A stretch of DNA of 63,386 nucleotides, the filler included, from Octopus bimaculoides (Eukaryota): assembly GCF_001194135.2 (NCBI RefSeq). It is 3 parts of 2 records of this genome, joined end to end, with 100 filler letters (N's around TTAATTAATTAA, not from the genome) between each part and the next. Parts side by side here need not be neighbours in the genome. Positions count along the whole stretch, not along the records: positions 1 to 29,995 come from NC_068983.1; positions 30,096 to 56,631 come from NC_068987.1; 1 more part is not named here. One strand, written 5' to 3'. The notes beneath the pieces were generated by a model. It made no database searches. It was not told the origin of the DNA and was given only the letters and a program-made list of their open reading frames with translations. A program made the position numbers and the translations under genes. Numbering within the stretch: position 1 is the stretch's first letter; the number at the start of each line of letters is the position of its first letter. Shown here piece after piece: positions 27,346-39,463 of this stretch.

Positions 27346-28440
27346 TTCTACTCTTCATATTATTCTTATTTTGTCTAAGAGAAATTGCAAAAAATCTGGA
27401 AAAATCATTTCCTTTATGCATTTAAGTTACTCCTCTGTGACTACTAATATGGCTTACATGGTTGGACTTATATATTTTAGCAAAGTTCTTCATGTCCTGC
27501 ACTAATATTGTCTCATTACTAAAAACTTCTGCAAAAGCAATATTATTGCCCTTGACACTAATAAAGCTTTTGAATATGCTTACCTTTAAAACAAAGATCT
27601 ACATCACTTTTGCAATTGAAGGCCCCTGTTCAATGACTTCATTGGAGAGTATGTCAATGTGCTCCCTCAGATACAAGTCTCTTAACTCTGGATTTGCTTA
27701 AGTTTCCTACATTCTTGTGATCTAGAGAACAATGATCAAATAGCCGTTGGCTCTGATTATTTACATTCTTTTGCCGATGACTTTCTTATCTAAAGCAATA
27801 TTCACCAAAGACTAAGTTTCTCTTTAGCGCTGGAATCTTTGCCAGTATTAACAGTTACTGACTCTTTTGCAAGATACAATTAGGACTCACATTATGTTAC
27901 TGCTCCTATGTCTGAAAATAAGCAGTTTCTATACAGATAAACATTCTAGATCCCAGCAAAAGAAAAGCCATTTGGCTGATTAGTGTACTATCACTCATGT
28001 CAATAATTATTATTTGTTCCACTCCAGCTTTTGCCTCAATACTTTTGTGTCTCCTCCAATTGTAATCTACTCAGTGTTTCACTACACCAATTTCATCCAT
28101 AGCAACTTACTCAATACTTTTTGTACATATTCTAAATCCCCTGTAATTCCTTCACAACCATGTCATTGCTACATATGTTTCTCTGCACAACAGGCCTAAC
28201 TAAAGAAATAAATACACCCTCTTTTAGTTAGAGTATAAAAAGACAAGAAAATGAGAGATAATGTAAGAAACTTACTGACACATAACAGAGGTATAGGAAA
28301 ACAATAATTAAAAATGAATAAACTAAGAAATTTAGTATGATAAATACAACCAAACCTTTATGATGTTTTCCAAATAGTAGTTTGAAGGAAAAAAGTCAAA
28401 ATGATGAAGCTTTTATGAATAAAATTGAGCTAAATATATA

Positions 28441-28585
28441 GGTGCAGGTGTGGTTGTGTGGTAGGAAGATTGCTTCTCAACCATATGGTTCTGGGTTCAG
28501 TCCCACTGCATGTCAATTTGGGCAGGTGTCTTCTACAATAGCCTCAGGCTGACCAAAGCTGAAGGAAGTCCATCGTATATATATA

Positions 28586-28620
<35 letters not shown>

Positions 28621-28840
28621 ATATTCATGTGTGTGTTTTCGTGTCTGTGTTTGTCTACCCAGCGTTACTTGACATCCCCATAATTTAGCTGTTGGGCAAA
28701 AGATACTGATAGCATAAGCACTAAGCTCACAAAGAATAAGTTCTGGGGTCGATTGCTTTGACTAAAAAACCCTTTAAGGCAGTGCTCCTGCATGGCCACA
28801 TTCAAAATGACTGAAACAAGTAAAAGAATAAAGAATAAAA
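28441..28840 (+). mobile_element. SINE family B, full length, CpG-decayed
   Basis: tRNA-like head (GTGGTAGG...GGGTTCAGTCCC), TTGGGCAGGTGTCTTCTAC core, internal (TG)n and GACTGAAACAAGTAAAAG tail. Confidence 0.9.
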
Positions 28841-29037
28841 GGATATATGTTTATTATAAAATGAAATTTATATTCAAAATGTCAATAAAGCAAAACATTT
28901 TTTTTCAAGGATTTAATCATCAATAATTAATTTGTCATACAAAAATGAAGGGCATAAGCTGTAGAAATCATGGAAGATGATGCAGTCTTCTGCCCTGCCA
29001 GATCGTCCATCTAACCCATGCCAGCAANNNNNNNNNN

Positions 29038-29109
<72 letters not shown>

Positions 29110-30214
29110 ATGATGATATATACATAGATTCATACAAACACACACACACACACACACATTTGTTCATTCTAGGACTATGGTGTTCCCTAACATAACCTTT
29201 GTCATTTAACGAAAGCTAGGAGTCTAGCTTTCCGCTGATTTTCTGAATTACAGACATCAAATGATTGCAGCTAATAGCTTTCTTAATATGAAAAATCTCA
29301 TTCAACAAATAACCAACTGCAAAGTATCTTTCTTAGAGTCTTTTATTTATAATCATATTCATGAATATCACTGCAGAAGTTCAAACTACTAAAATTTCAG
29401 CAATATGGATTATTCTTAAGACTCACTACACATAAAAGCTAGTGAGGACACATACTATAAGACCTGGTAGTCCATTACATACAGAATACAAAAGTTCTAA
29501 AGGATATAGTTCTGAACTTTGGCATTTAGAATGAAACCAACAAATAAACTGAAAGACACTCCCTGCTCCCTAAACTATTATCATTACATGTGCATTCAAA
29601 AGAACTGTATTGTAGTAGAAATACTTATGGATGATTCACTTGCAAAATTCAGACTATTTTTGAATGTACAACTTATTACTTACACCAATACATAACTTTT
29701 AAGTTAGTCTGAAATTATGATTAATTCACCCTTCAAGTATACCATTACTTTCACCACCACCAGTGATTGTCTCTGTCATCTTCATTATAATCATCAATAC
29801 TAATAATGGCAACATTGTTGTTATCTTTCTGCATTTTTGCATATTGAATCTTATTGTTCTATTGAGTTACACATGACTTTTCATATATATATATATATAT
29901 GAAAAGTCATGTGTAACTCAATAGAACAATAAGATTCAATATGCAAAAATGCAGAAAGATAACAACAATGTTGCCATTATTAGTATTGATGATTTNNNNN
30001 NNNNNNNNNNNNNNNNNNNNNNNNNNNNNNNNNNNNNNNTTAATTAATTAANNNNNNNNNNNNNNNNNNNNNNNNNNNNNNNNNNNNNNNNNNNNATATA
30101 TATATATATATATATATACATATATATATTAGAAAAAATGATGAGGTACTCCGATATCTGGATGGTTGTACATTTACAGATTTTTATTAATATGTCACAT
30201 GTTTTTATAAATTA

Positions 30215-30530
30215 GCGATTAGATCTACTCCAGTACGCAACTGGTACTTAATATATCAGCCCCCGAAAGGATGAAAGGCAAAGCCGACCTCGATGGAATG
30301 TGAACTCAGAACGAACATATTGAATAATGATTGTAGAAAATATATTCTTTTCTACTCTAGGCACAAGGCCCGAAATTTTGGGAGGAGGCAGCCAGTCGAT
30401 TAGATCGACCTCAGTGCGCATCTGGTACTTAATTTATCAGCTCCGAAAGGATGAAAGGCAAAATCTACCTCGGCGGAATTTGAACTCAGAACGAATATAT
30501 TGAATAATGATTTTGCAAAATATATTGGAT
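30215..30530 (-). mobile_element. Two tandem partial SINE family A copies
   Basis: CTGGTACTTAAT..ATCAGC.CCGAAAGGATGAAAGGCAAA...GAACTCAGAACG occurs twice ~180 nt apart. Confidence 0.85.
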
Positions 30531-30894
30531 ATGAAAATAGTGCAGTGTGGTCACAGATGGGATATTCTTGACCGTTGGTCTGCTACGACAATCACAACAA
30601 TGCTTTATCGACCTTGGAACCAAGAAGGGAAGTGAATCGATCCATATTAAGAATCTCTCCCTTTTAGTTAATACTCAGTGCACAGCCATGAGGGCCACAA
30701 CATCACATATTAACTATGATCTGTAAGTTAAAAGCAGTTGTTGCTGCTGTCATTGGAGTTGCTGTTATAACTATTTAGACCAAGTAATCTCAGACTGAGT
30801 AGAACACCAATGAAAGACATTCCAACCATGAACCCCCTCCTAGAGTTTTAAGATACATTGTATCTAGATCTGGAACAACATTAATGTTGCTGTT

Positions 30895-30980
30895 CTCTCT
30901 CTATATATATATTTATATATGTATATATATATACATATATATATATAATATATATGTATGTATGTATATATGCATATATG

Positions 30981-31028
<48 letters not shown>

Positions 31029-31121
31029 CATACATATACATATATGTATATATGTACATATACACACACTCACACACGTGCATACATACACGTGCACACA
31101 CAACAAATACACACACGCATG

Positions 31122-31170
<49 letters not shown>

Positions 31171-31178
31171 ACGCACGC
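30895..31178. repeat. Compound (TA)n/(CA)n microsatellite
   Basis: Directly visible; representative of many such tracts in the window. Confidence 0.95.
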
Positions 31179-31179
31179 A

Positions 31180-31660
31180 GTCTGTTCACGTGTGTAAGAG
31201 CAATCAAATCGTTCGTTTCAGCGTTTTCGTTTAAATTTAATTTGAACCCGAACTGGAAGCCAAGCAACTATTTTCGGTAGACAGAGACAGAAGTTCAACA
31301 TTCTCGAAGTGTGGGAAAACCGTTTCTCAGAAATTTGATTCCAGGCTTTTAAGCCTTTTCGTAACCTTTACATGATTAAAAACGATTCCATTTCTCTAAG
31401 AAATGTTAGAAGGGAGATAGAGAACGATTGAGGAAATTGCTTACCAAATGTGATTTCGCTTTTCGACAGCAAGCACCGCAATTTTGATATTTTTAAATAT
31501 ATTTCGTTATTGCCATTATATTTTTATCTCAGCAAGAATTTAAAAAGTCATTTCGTTTGTTTCATTCTAAAACCTGATCCCCAATGGTCTTCATTTCTAG
31601 TTTCGGTAATGTTATCTATGCGGTTTCGAGTAGCCTCAGAATAATGACGAAAGGTAAGGG
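31180..31660. promoter_or_regulatory. CpG-rich unique island; candidate (bidirectional) promoter/first exons
   Basis: High CpG density in non-repeat sequence; minus-strand donor TTG|GTAAGC (exon edge 31445) and plus-strand donor AAG|GTAAGG (exon edge 31653); adjacent to the CpG-decay boundary. No transcript evidence. Confidence 0.35.
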
Positions 31661-31682
31661 AAGATGCAATATTTTTATATGG

Positions 31683-31728
<46 letters not shown>

Positions 31729-31907
31729 GTATATATATAAAGAAAACGATCACGTGATCAAGGCTATCCCATTGCATGAGATATTCACGCATGTGTGGAA
31801 CATACGGCTATGGATATGCGGGCTATACGAGTTTTCTAGAAATATACACAGTAGATACGCTCACAATATACATACCTGCATACATACGCACACATCTTAT
31901 ACACACA

Positions 31908-31948
<41 letters not shown>

Positions 31949-31961
31949 CACACATACATAC

Positions 31962-32170
31962 GTTCTTTATCTGTTATCTTTTGTTTGTTCCAGCCATTGA
32001 ATTGCAGCCATGCTGGAGCACCACCTTTAAAAGTTTTGTCGAACAAACCAGCCGCAGTACTTATCTTTTAAGCCTGGTAGTCATTTTATCAGTCACCTTT
32101 GCCGAACTGCTATTTTACGGAGACGTAAAGAAACCGATACCGGTTATCAAGCGGTGGTGAAAGGAGAAAC
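31962..32170 (-). mobile_element. SINE family B, 3' half
   Basis: Reverse complement of the family B tail (CAGCCATGCTGGAGCACCACCTTTAA...). Confidence 0.75.
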
Positions 32171-32735
32171 ACATACATGCATACATACATACATACATAC
32201 ACGTGTGTGTGTGTGTGTGTTTATAANNNNNNNNNNNNNNNNNNNNNNNNNNNNNNNNNNNNNNNNNNNNNNNNNNNNNNNNNNNNNNNNNNNNNNNNTT
32301 TATAAAGCTATAGGCAGAGAAGAGGCGAGAGCAGAGAAGAGTTGTGGTCATCGTGGAGGTAGGTATGATCAGAAAAATGACATGTTCAAGGCGGAGCGAG
32401 GTCAAGGCAGAGGATTGGTCAGAGGTGGGGCATAGCCAGAGCAGATGCGTGTCTTGAGAAGCAGCGTGGTAAGGTCGGAGAGTCATTACGGCGGGGCGTT
32501 TTAACGGGAGAGGGAGGAGGCGGAGTGGTCACAAGAGGTGTGACCACAGAAATGTAAATTAGGCAAAGGGTGTGTCAGCTCTTCTTTCTCTGATGTTGTT
32601 TAGTCCCGTGTCAGCACCTACGAAGCGAGGCGCAGTCATCCGACCATTAAGTCTTTTCAATATATTGAAGACTACATTAAACAAACAACCTCCAAATGAA
32701 CACTGCACACATCGGTTATCCAAATAATTGCCCAC

Positions 32736-33130
32736 TTTTTGTGTGGTAAGTAGCTTGCTTACCAACCGCATGGTTCCGGGTTTAGTCCCACTGCGTGGCA
32801 CCTTGGGCAAGTGTCTTCTACTATAGCCTCAGGCCGACCAAAGCCTTGTGAGTGGATTTGGTAGACGGAAACTGAAAGAAGCCCATCGTATATATGTATA
32901 TATACATGTGTATTTGTGTGTCTGTGTTTGTCCCCCAACATCGCTTGACTACCGATGCTGGTGTGTGCACGTCCCCGTAACTTAGCGGTTCGGCAAAAGA
33001 GACCGATAGTATAAGTACTAGGCTTGCAAAGAATAAGTCCCGGGGTCGATTTGCTCGACTAAAGGCGGTGCTCCAGCATGGCCGTAGTCAAATGACTGAA
33101 ACAAGTAAAAGAGAGTAAAGAGTAAAAGAG
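32736..33130 (+). mobile_element. SINE family B, full length, CpG-intact
   Basis: A-box-like GTGGTAAGTAGC, B-box-like GGGTTTAGTCCC, CACCTTGGGCAAGTGTCTTC core and (GAGTAAAA)n tail. Confidence 0.9.
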
Positions 33131-33479
33131 TGATATTGATTAAATAATCAGACTGTTGCTTTCAGATATAACTGGTACAATTTAGGAGAGGTCTGACATT
33201 ATTTGGACATCAACGCCGCTATTTTTTTTTTCGTTACGTAAGACATCGATGACTCTCTCTCTCTCTATGCGATGGTATCACCATGACCCCTGAATATGTT
33301 CTAAACGGTGTTGTGTTTACCTAATTCCAAGTTCGTGGTATTGTAGCTGCTGCTTAATAAAGGCGTGCCGGCAATGACCACCGTGTCTACTTTCAAATAT
33401 TATAAGATATTATCAATGATACGGTTTGATTTGATGGAACTTCAGCTGTTACTCCAAACAAATCGAGCAACCCCTGAGA

Positions 33480-33760
33480 CTTCCCTTGTTGATTGCTAGT
33501 TATATTTGATGTTTTCTGAGGGGTTGGGGCTGGCAAAAAGGGAGTCGTTGGATTTTTTGAAGTTCTACTTTTAATTTTGGGGCCAGATTTCTAGGTGGGA
33601 GGGGGAATGCGGTGTGTAGAGGTCTGAAGTAAGTTGGGTGGATGTGAGTGTTAATGTTTGAACATGGATGGATGAAAAGGTAGATAGAAGAGTGCGTGAC
33701 AGGAGGCATCCTTGTGGTATTCCATCCACTCTGGCCCTTTTATCCGTGCAATTAATCCTA
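33480..33760 (-). mobile_element. Degenerate LINE reverse-transcriptase fragment
   Basis: Minus strand GIPQGCLLSRTLL (from 33723 down) resembles the RT motif GVPQGSVLSPxLF. 32300-32730 (..DTHLLWLCP..) may be a 3' part of the same element, split by the SINE. Confidence 0.45.
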
Positions 33761-33927
33761 TTAATTTTTCTTCCAAGTAAAATTTATGGGAAGAAATAAA
33801 TAAAAATCACAGAGATATTCTTTTAACACAGGATACGAACAAAATTTTATGACTGAGAAGTTTGTAACGTGTGAAACTAAGTAAGGAAAATATGATGCTT
33901 AGCAAATATTTACCAGTGGCGTCATTT

Positions 33928-34265
33928 ATCTTTTACTTGTTTCAGTCATTAGACTGCGCCCATGCTGGGGCACCGTCTTGAATAACTTTTAGTCGAATAA
34001 ATCGACCCCATGAGGATGTAAACACACCAACGCCGGTTGTCAAGCGTGGTAGGGGACAAGCACAGACACAAAAACTATATACACGCACACGTGTACACGT
34101 GTATATTCAACGGGCTTCTTTCAGTTTCCGTCTACCAAATCCACGGACAAAGCTCTGGTCGGCCCGAGGCTCTAGGAGAAGACATTTGCTCAAGGTGCCA
34201 CACAGTGGAACTGAACTTACAAGCATGTGGTTGGGAAACGAGCCTCTTACCACACAGCCATGCTT
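33928..34265 (-). mobile_element. SINE family B
   Basis: Reverse complement of head, core and tail all recognisable. Confidence 0.85.
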
Positions 34266-34798
34266 ACGCCAAATATTAAATAATCAGAGTCGAGGCATCA
34301 GATTCAATAACTGCAAATCGATAAACGTCATCTGGGAAGGCGATTCCTTTAGATGCTCGTTGTAGTAGTTATTTTACACATTATCTTACACAGTCTACTG
34401 ACTTTCAAGTGTTTTTCAAGAATAATTCGAAATCCCAACTGCAAATTCACCAAGTATAGTATTCCATGTTAATCCTCTAACATATCCCAATTCTCAATGA
34501 AATATAAACCCAGGATTATTTCTTTAAAAAAGGTTAACAGCGCAATTATAAGTTGTGAGGATGAAAACAGACTTTCTTTAAACCAGATAATGGCACTTCA
34601 CTGATTCACCTCTTCTTAGAGTACAAGTTTTACACGTGTTTGCGCCTAAAAACGGGCGCATCCACCCTCACTAACTCAAACACACATAAATCTATATTAT
34701 ATATTTTACAAATTATTTATGGCTACGCACATTCACATATAGATGTATGTGCGTGTAGTTATGCATATAATATATACATACTACATGTGTGTATGTGA

Positions 34799-34835
<37 letters not shown>

Positions 34836-35133
34836 ATACATATATATATATATATGTATATATATATGTGGATATATATTGTGTGTATATATGTGTTTGT
34901 GTATGTATGTATGTATGTAAATAAGTACTCTACATAATGTTTGATAAAGGCCATGTTATTACTTATTAACATCATAAATATGAAAAGCAAAAGCTTAAAA
35001 TATCCAAACATATACAGATTTTTTTATTTTATTTTGCACACATGGCCATATGGCAACATGATGATGTCTTTTGTTGCTTGTCACGTGTGTAGTTACAAAC
35101 CTTTATATATTCTCTAATAAATCCGACTCGCTC

Positions 35134-35205
<72 letters not shown>

Positions 35206-36311
35206 GTCCACACATCTATGTCTTTATCGTTTGCTTCCATTGATCGTTTGTTGAATATAGCTTGTTTCATGTCTTTTAAGTGTTTCGACAATATTTCATC
35301 TTATATAGGACACATGGCATTTTATTGGTCTTTTTCTAAAGTTATATGAATATCAGAAGCAAAGAATATGACACCATTGAGCACAACACTAGTATTAGCA
35401 CGTACAGCACAACACACACACACATCCAGATGAACACACACATATACACACAAACATACACACACAGATGGATGTATCTGGTGTCTACATAAATTATGTT
35501 ATGTGAGTATGTAGGCGTATTATTTAAATAAGAATATACCCTAAGCAAATAATATTAATAATATTATTGTTACCAATGGTAAAGATACAAGGGAAAACAT
35601 TGAGAATAAAGGAATATATTGATCTGTGTATCAGATTGTTATTTATTTTATCGCTTACTGAATGTTGACATGCAAAATTGACTCCTACATCGGATGCTGA
35701 ACTCAGAGAGAAAAGCTCTGAAATGAAATGTGGAAATGAAACAAAATCATATAAGTTCTCTGTCTGAAGAATTTTTAATGGGAATTTCCCTATATTTTTA
35801 AGATGTAAAACTTTGTAATTCGAATTAGCAAATGAAACATGTGTAATGGTGAATAATTAACACCAAAACAAATTCCAATTTCCTGTTATGTTATATGTAT
35901 ATGTACGTGTGTGTTTGTATGTGTGTGTGTGTGTGTGCGTATACACATACACATATATATACATATATGTATGTGTGTGTGTGTGTGTGTGTGAATGTGT
36001 AAATATATATGTATGTGCGTATTGTTTTGCTGAGGGTGTGTCATTCTGCCAGTACTAAAGTCGTCACACTCGATGTTTAATTCGTTTTACCGCCATTATA
36101 TGTTTATGTTTATTTATAAAAAAACACCATTGTTTGTAAACAACAAAATCCTTCGTAACGCATGGCTGCACGACAAAAATTTTGTAAAAACCGGTGACTT
36201 TTTGCTAATCTGGTTGCCCAGGAAAGTACAACAGAGCAGATGACTAATACCTGCTAACGAGAATATTCTATTCCTTTCCATGCATTGAATGCCCTTACGC
36301 CCGATCCTTCC

Positions 36312-36373
<62 letters not shown>

Positions 36374-37396
36374 NNNNNNNNNNNNNNNNNNNNNNNNNNN
36401 NNNNNNNNNNNNNNNNNNNNNNNNNNNNNNNNNNNNNNNNNNNNNNNNNNNNNNNNNNNNNNNNNNNNNNNNNNNNNNNNNNNNNNNNNNNNNNNNNNNN
36501 NNNNNNNNNNNNNNNNNNNNNNNNNNNNNNNNNNNNNNNNNNNNNNNNNNNNNNNNNNNNNNNNNNNNNNNNNNNNNNNNNNNNNNNNNNNNNNNNNNNN
36601 NNNNNNNNNNNNNNNNNNNNNNNNNNNNNNNNNNNNNNNNNNNNNNNNNNNNNNNNNNNNNNNNNNNNNNNNNNNNNNNNNNNNNNNNNNNNNNNNNNNN
36701 NNNNNNNNNNNNNNNNNNNNNNNNNNNNNNNNNNNNNNNNNNNNNNNNNNNNNNNNNNNNNNNNNNNNNNNNNNNNNNNNNNNNNNNNNNNNNNNNNNNN
36801 NNNNNNNNNNNNNNNNNNNNNNNNNNNNNNNNNNNNNNNNNNNNNNNNNNNNNNNNNNNNNNNNNNNNNNNNNNNNNNNNNNNNNNNNNNNNNNNNNNNN
36901 NNNNNNNNNNNNNNNNNNNNNNNNNNNNNNNNNNNNNNNNNNNNNNNNNNNNNNNNNNNNNNNNNNNNNNNNNNNNNNNNNNNNNNNNNNNNNNNNNNNN
37001 NNNNNNNNNNNNNNNNNNNNNNNNNNNNNNNNNNNNNNNNNNNNNNNNNNNNNNNNNNNNNNNNNNNNNNNNNGGGAATGAGAACCCAGGTTCGAAATTT
37101 CCCCAAGACACCCGATAAAGTCTGGAAGGTATATCAGCCGAAACGTTGCGTTAACAACAAACAAGATGAGGACAAATATCCGTCAAATGTAAATAATGTA
37201 AATGGTGTAGATTACCGTTGTTTAGAAAATGCGATCATAGATTTTTACGATGAATGAAAGAGAATTGTAGGAAAATGGTGATAATTTGCATCACTAATAA
37301 TTTGATATAATGTAATGAATTGGTTTACAATGCTTAGGGGCACTACAACACAAGAGGAAAAAAAAAGCAAGAAACGGAAGTGGTGGTGTTAAAAAT

Positions 37397-37548
37397 ATGG
37401 AATTCAAAAAGGTGCCCAAGGTTGCTGTTGGAAAGATGGCGGATAATCTTGTGGGTGTCTACAAAGTCAGTCGCCAGACGTCTGAACTTCAATGTGTCCT
37501 TGACCAGGGGAGCAAGACGTTCAGAATATGGCAGATGCCTGACGGCAA
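37397..37548 (+). CDS. Candidate first coding exon of an unidentified gene (MEFKKVPKVAVGK-MADNLVGVYKVSRQTSELQCVLDQGSKTFRIWQMPDG)
   Basis: Non-repetitive ORF; ETS-like CGGAAGTG at 37375; YY1-like AAGATGGCGG at 37433 overlapping the second ATG; possible donors at 37545 (GC) or 37549 (GT). No homology recognised. Confidence 0.3.
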
Positions 37549-38096
37549 GTATTCCTTTATTGTATGTATTACGTGGGAGACCTCAGAAAATTTATTGATT
37601 ATGAGAGGTGGGGGTGTGTTGAGTAATATATCGTTCCTTGCTCTTCATCATGTGTGAAGAAAAAGGGAGCACTGGGCTGGAGGTTAGTTAGTGAAATAAA
37701 GTGTTTTAAAGATTGTATCAAAGAGAAGTGTTCCGCTACACACAAACATATACGATATGGTTGGTTAATTCCGTTGCATAGATCTCCCGTGGTTTGGTGT
37801 TTTTAGATTTTAAACACACCTAAAGGGAGCTTTTACTCTATCAATCACAGAGCGGTGAGAAAATGCGCCATTTTGCTCCAATGAAAATTTAAAAGGCGAG
37901 TTACTGGTTCAAATCTAACTCTTTCCCTGGCTTCAAAAACAAATCCTGCAACCACAACGTTTCCTTTCACTGCAATACTAGATTCTCATTGGTGCTTTGT
38001 AGTACCACTACCATATATATATATATATATATACACTTACATATGCATATATACATACACATATAAATATATATATACATATGCATATATACATAC

Positions 38097-38179
<83 letters not shown>

Positions 38180-39402
38180 CATGTATATGGGTGGGTGTTT
38201 GTATGCGTAAGTGTGAGAACGTGCGTATGTGCGTACATGTGTCTGTGTTTGTGCAAAATATATTTTATACGTGGGAACAGAAATCTGTAAAAGAATTTGA
38301 GTATAATATTTATTACAGCGTATATATGTTATTGTGCCTATTGTTGTTGGGACAAATATCCATGTGCAATAGCAGTTGGTGTCTATCTATCTATCTATTT
38401 ATCTATCTATCTACATGTATATACATGTCTGTCCTTCAGTTTATATACAAGCATCTCTATCAGTTTGTCCGTCTGTCTGTCTGTATGTCTGTCAATATAT
38501 TTATCTGTCAAAATAACTGTCTATCTATCATTTATTATATATGTTTGCTTGTCTCCCTATCTGTATGTAAGTGTGTATAAGTATATGTATGTATCTGTGT
38601 ATGTATGCATATGTATCTACATATGTATTTATGTATATTTGTGTATATATATGCATATACGTGTGCGTGTGTGTGTGTGGGGGGGGGGTGTATGTGTTAG
38701 TTTGCGTATGTTTTTTTTTGTATTCAGAAGAAGGATTTCGTCCGAAACGTCATAATAGAGTCTTTTCAGTTCTCTGCGCATTAATTCAATAAATTTCTTC
38801 ATAAACCTATTCCGTGTTGTTTTTAACTGCGTTTGGTTTGTTCGCTCTGTTGGGGAATCTTTCCCTCTTCTCACACATGCTCAAAAATACACACACGTGT
38901 CTCCAGAAGCGTGTAATAATTTGTTTATAAAAATGGTTGTGAGTAATTTTAGCTTTTGTGCGTGCACATGTGTGCGTGCATGTGATTATGCATCGAAGAC
39001 ATAAAGCACATGTTTCCATTCTTCCAGCAAAAGCACTTTAATACATCAGTACATATGATTTATTTGGTATGGTGCATAAACTACACATTGCTTACATAGT
39101 GACGAGTCATCTGAAGCACAATTATGCAAATGAGGTTAGCCACGACGATGGTTCAAATACTTAATAATAGCAACTGAACATTCTAAGCCATTCAGTGGGG
39201 ATGATCAGTTACGTTTTCTCAGAGGATCAGGTAACAAATAGTGAAACGGTCAGACAGGAGATGCTGCAAGCTTTGAATTTCACATCGAGGTAAAAACAGG
39301 AGCGTATTGATATATTTACATAGTTCATTATTACAGCTATGTCATTTTAAAATTTAAATTTATTTTCCAGATTCTGAAATATACTACATTGAACATATGT
39401 AT

Positions 39403-39463
<61 letters not shown>

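Noticed and set aside
29789-29994. Perfect 206-bp palindrome centred on (AT)n
   Set aside because: Zero mismatches, pivots on a self-complementary microsatellite and ends at a gap; typical short-read assembler turn-back. Long reads would be needed to rescue it.
29996-30095. TTAATTAATTAA inside N runs (also 56632-56731)
   Set aside because: Both are exactly 44 N + 12 nt + 44 N = 100 nt, with stops in all six frames: a synthetic gap spacer.
39121-39135. Octamer ATGCAAAT and scattered E-box, STAT and CSL-like motifs
   Set aside because: Short motifs expected by chance in 63 kb; no supporting context.
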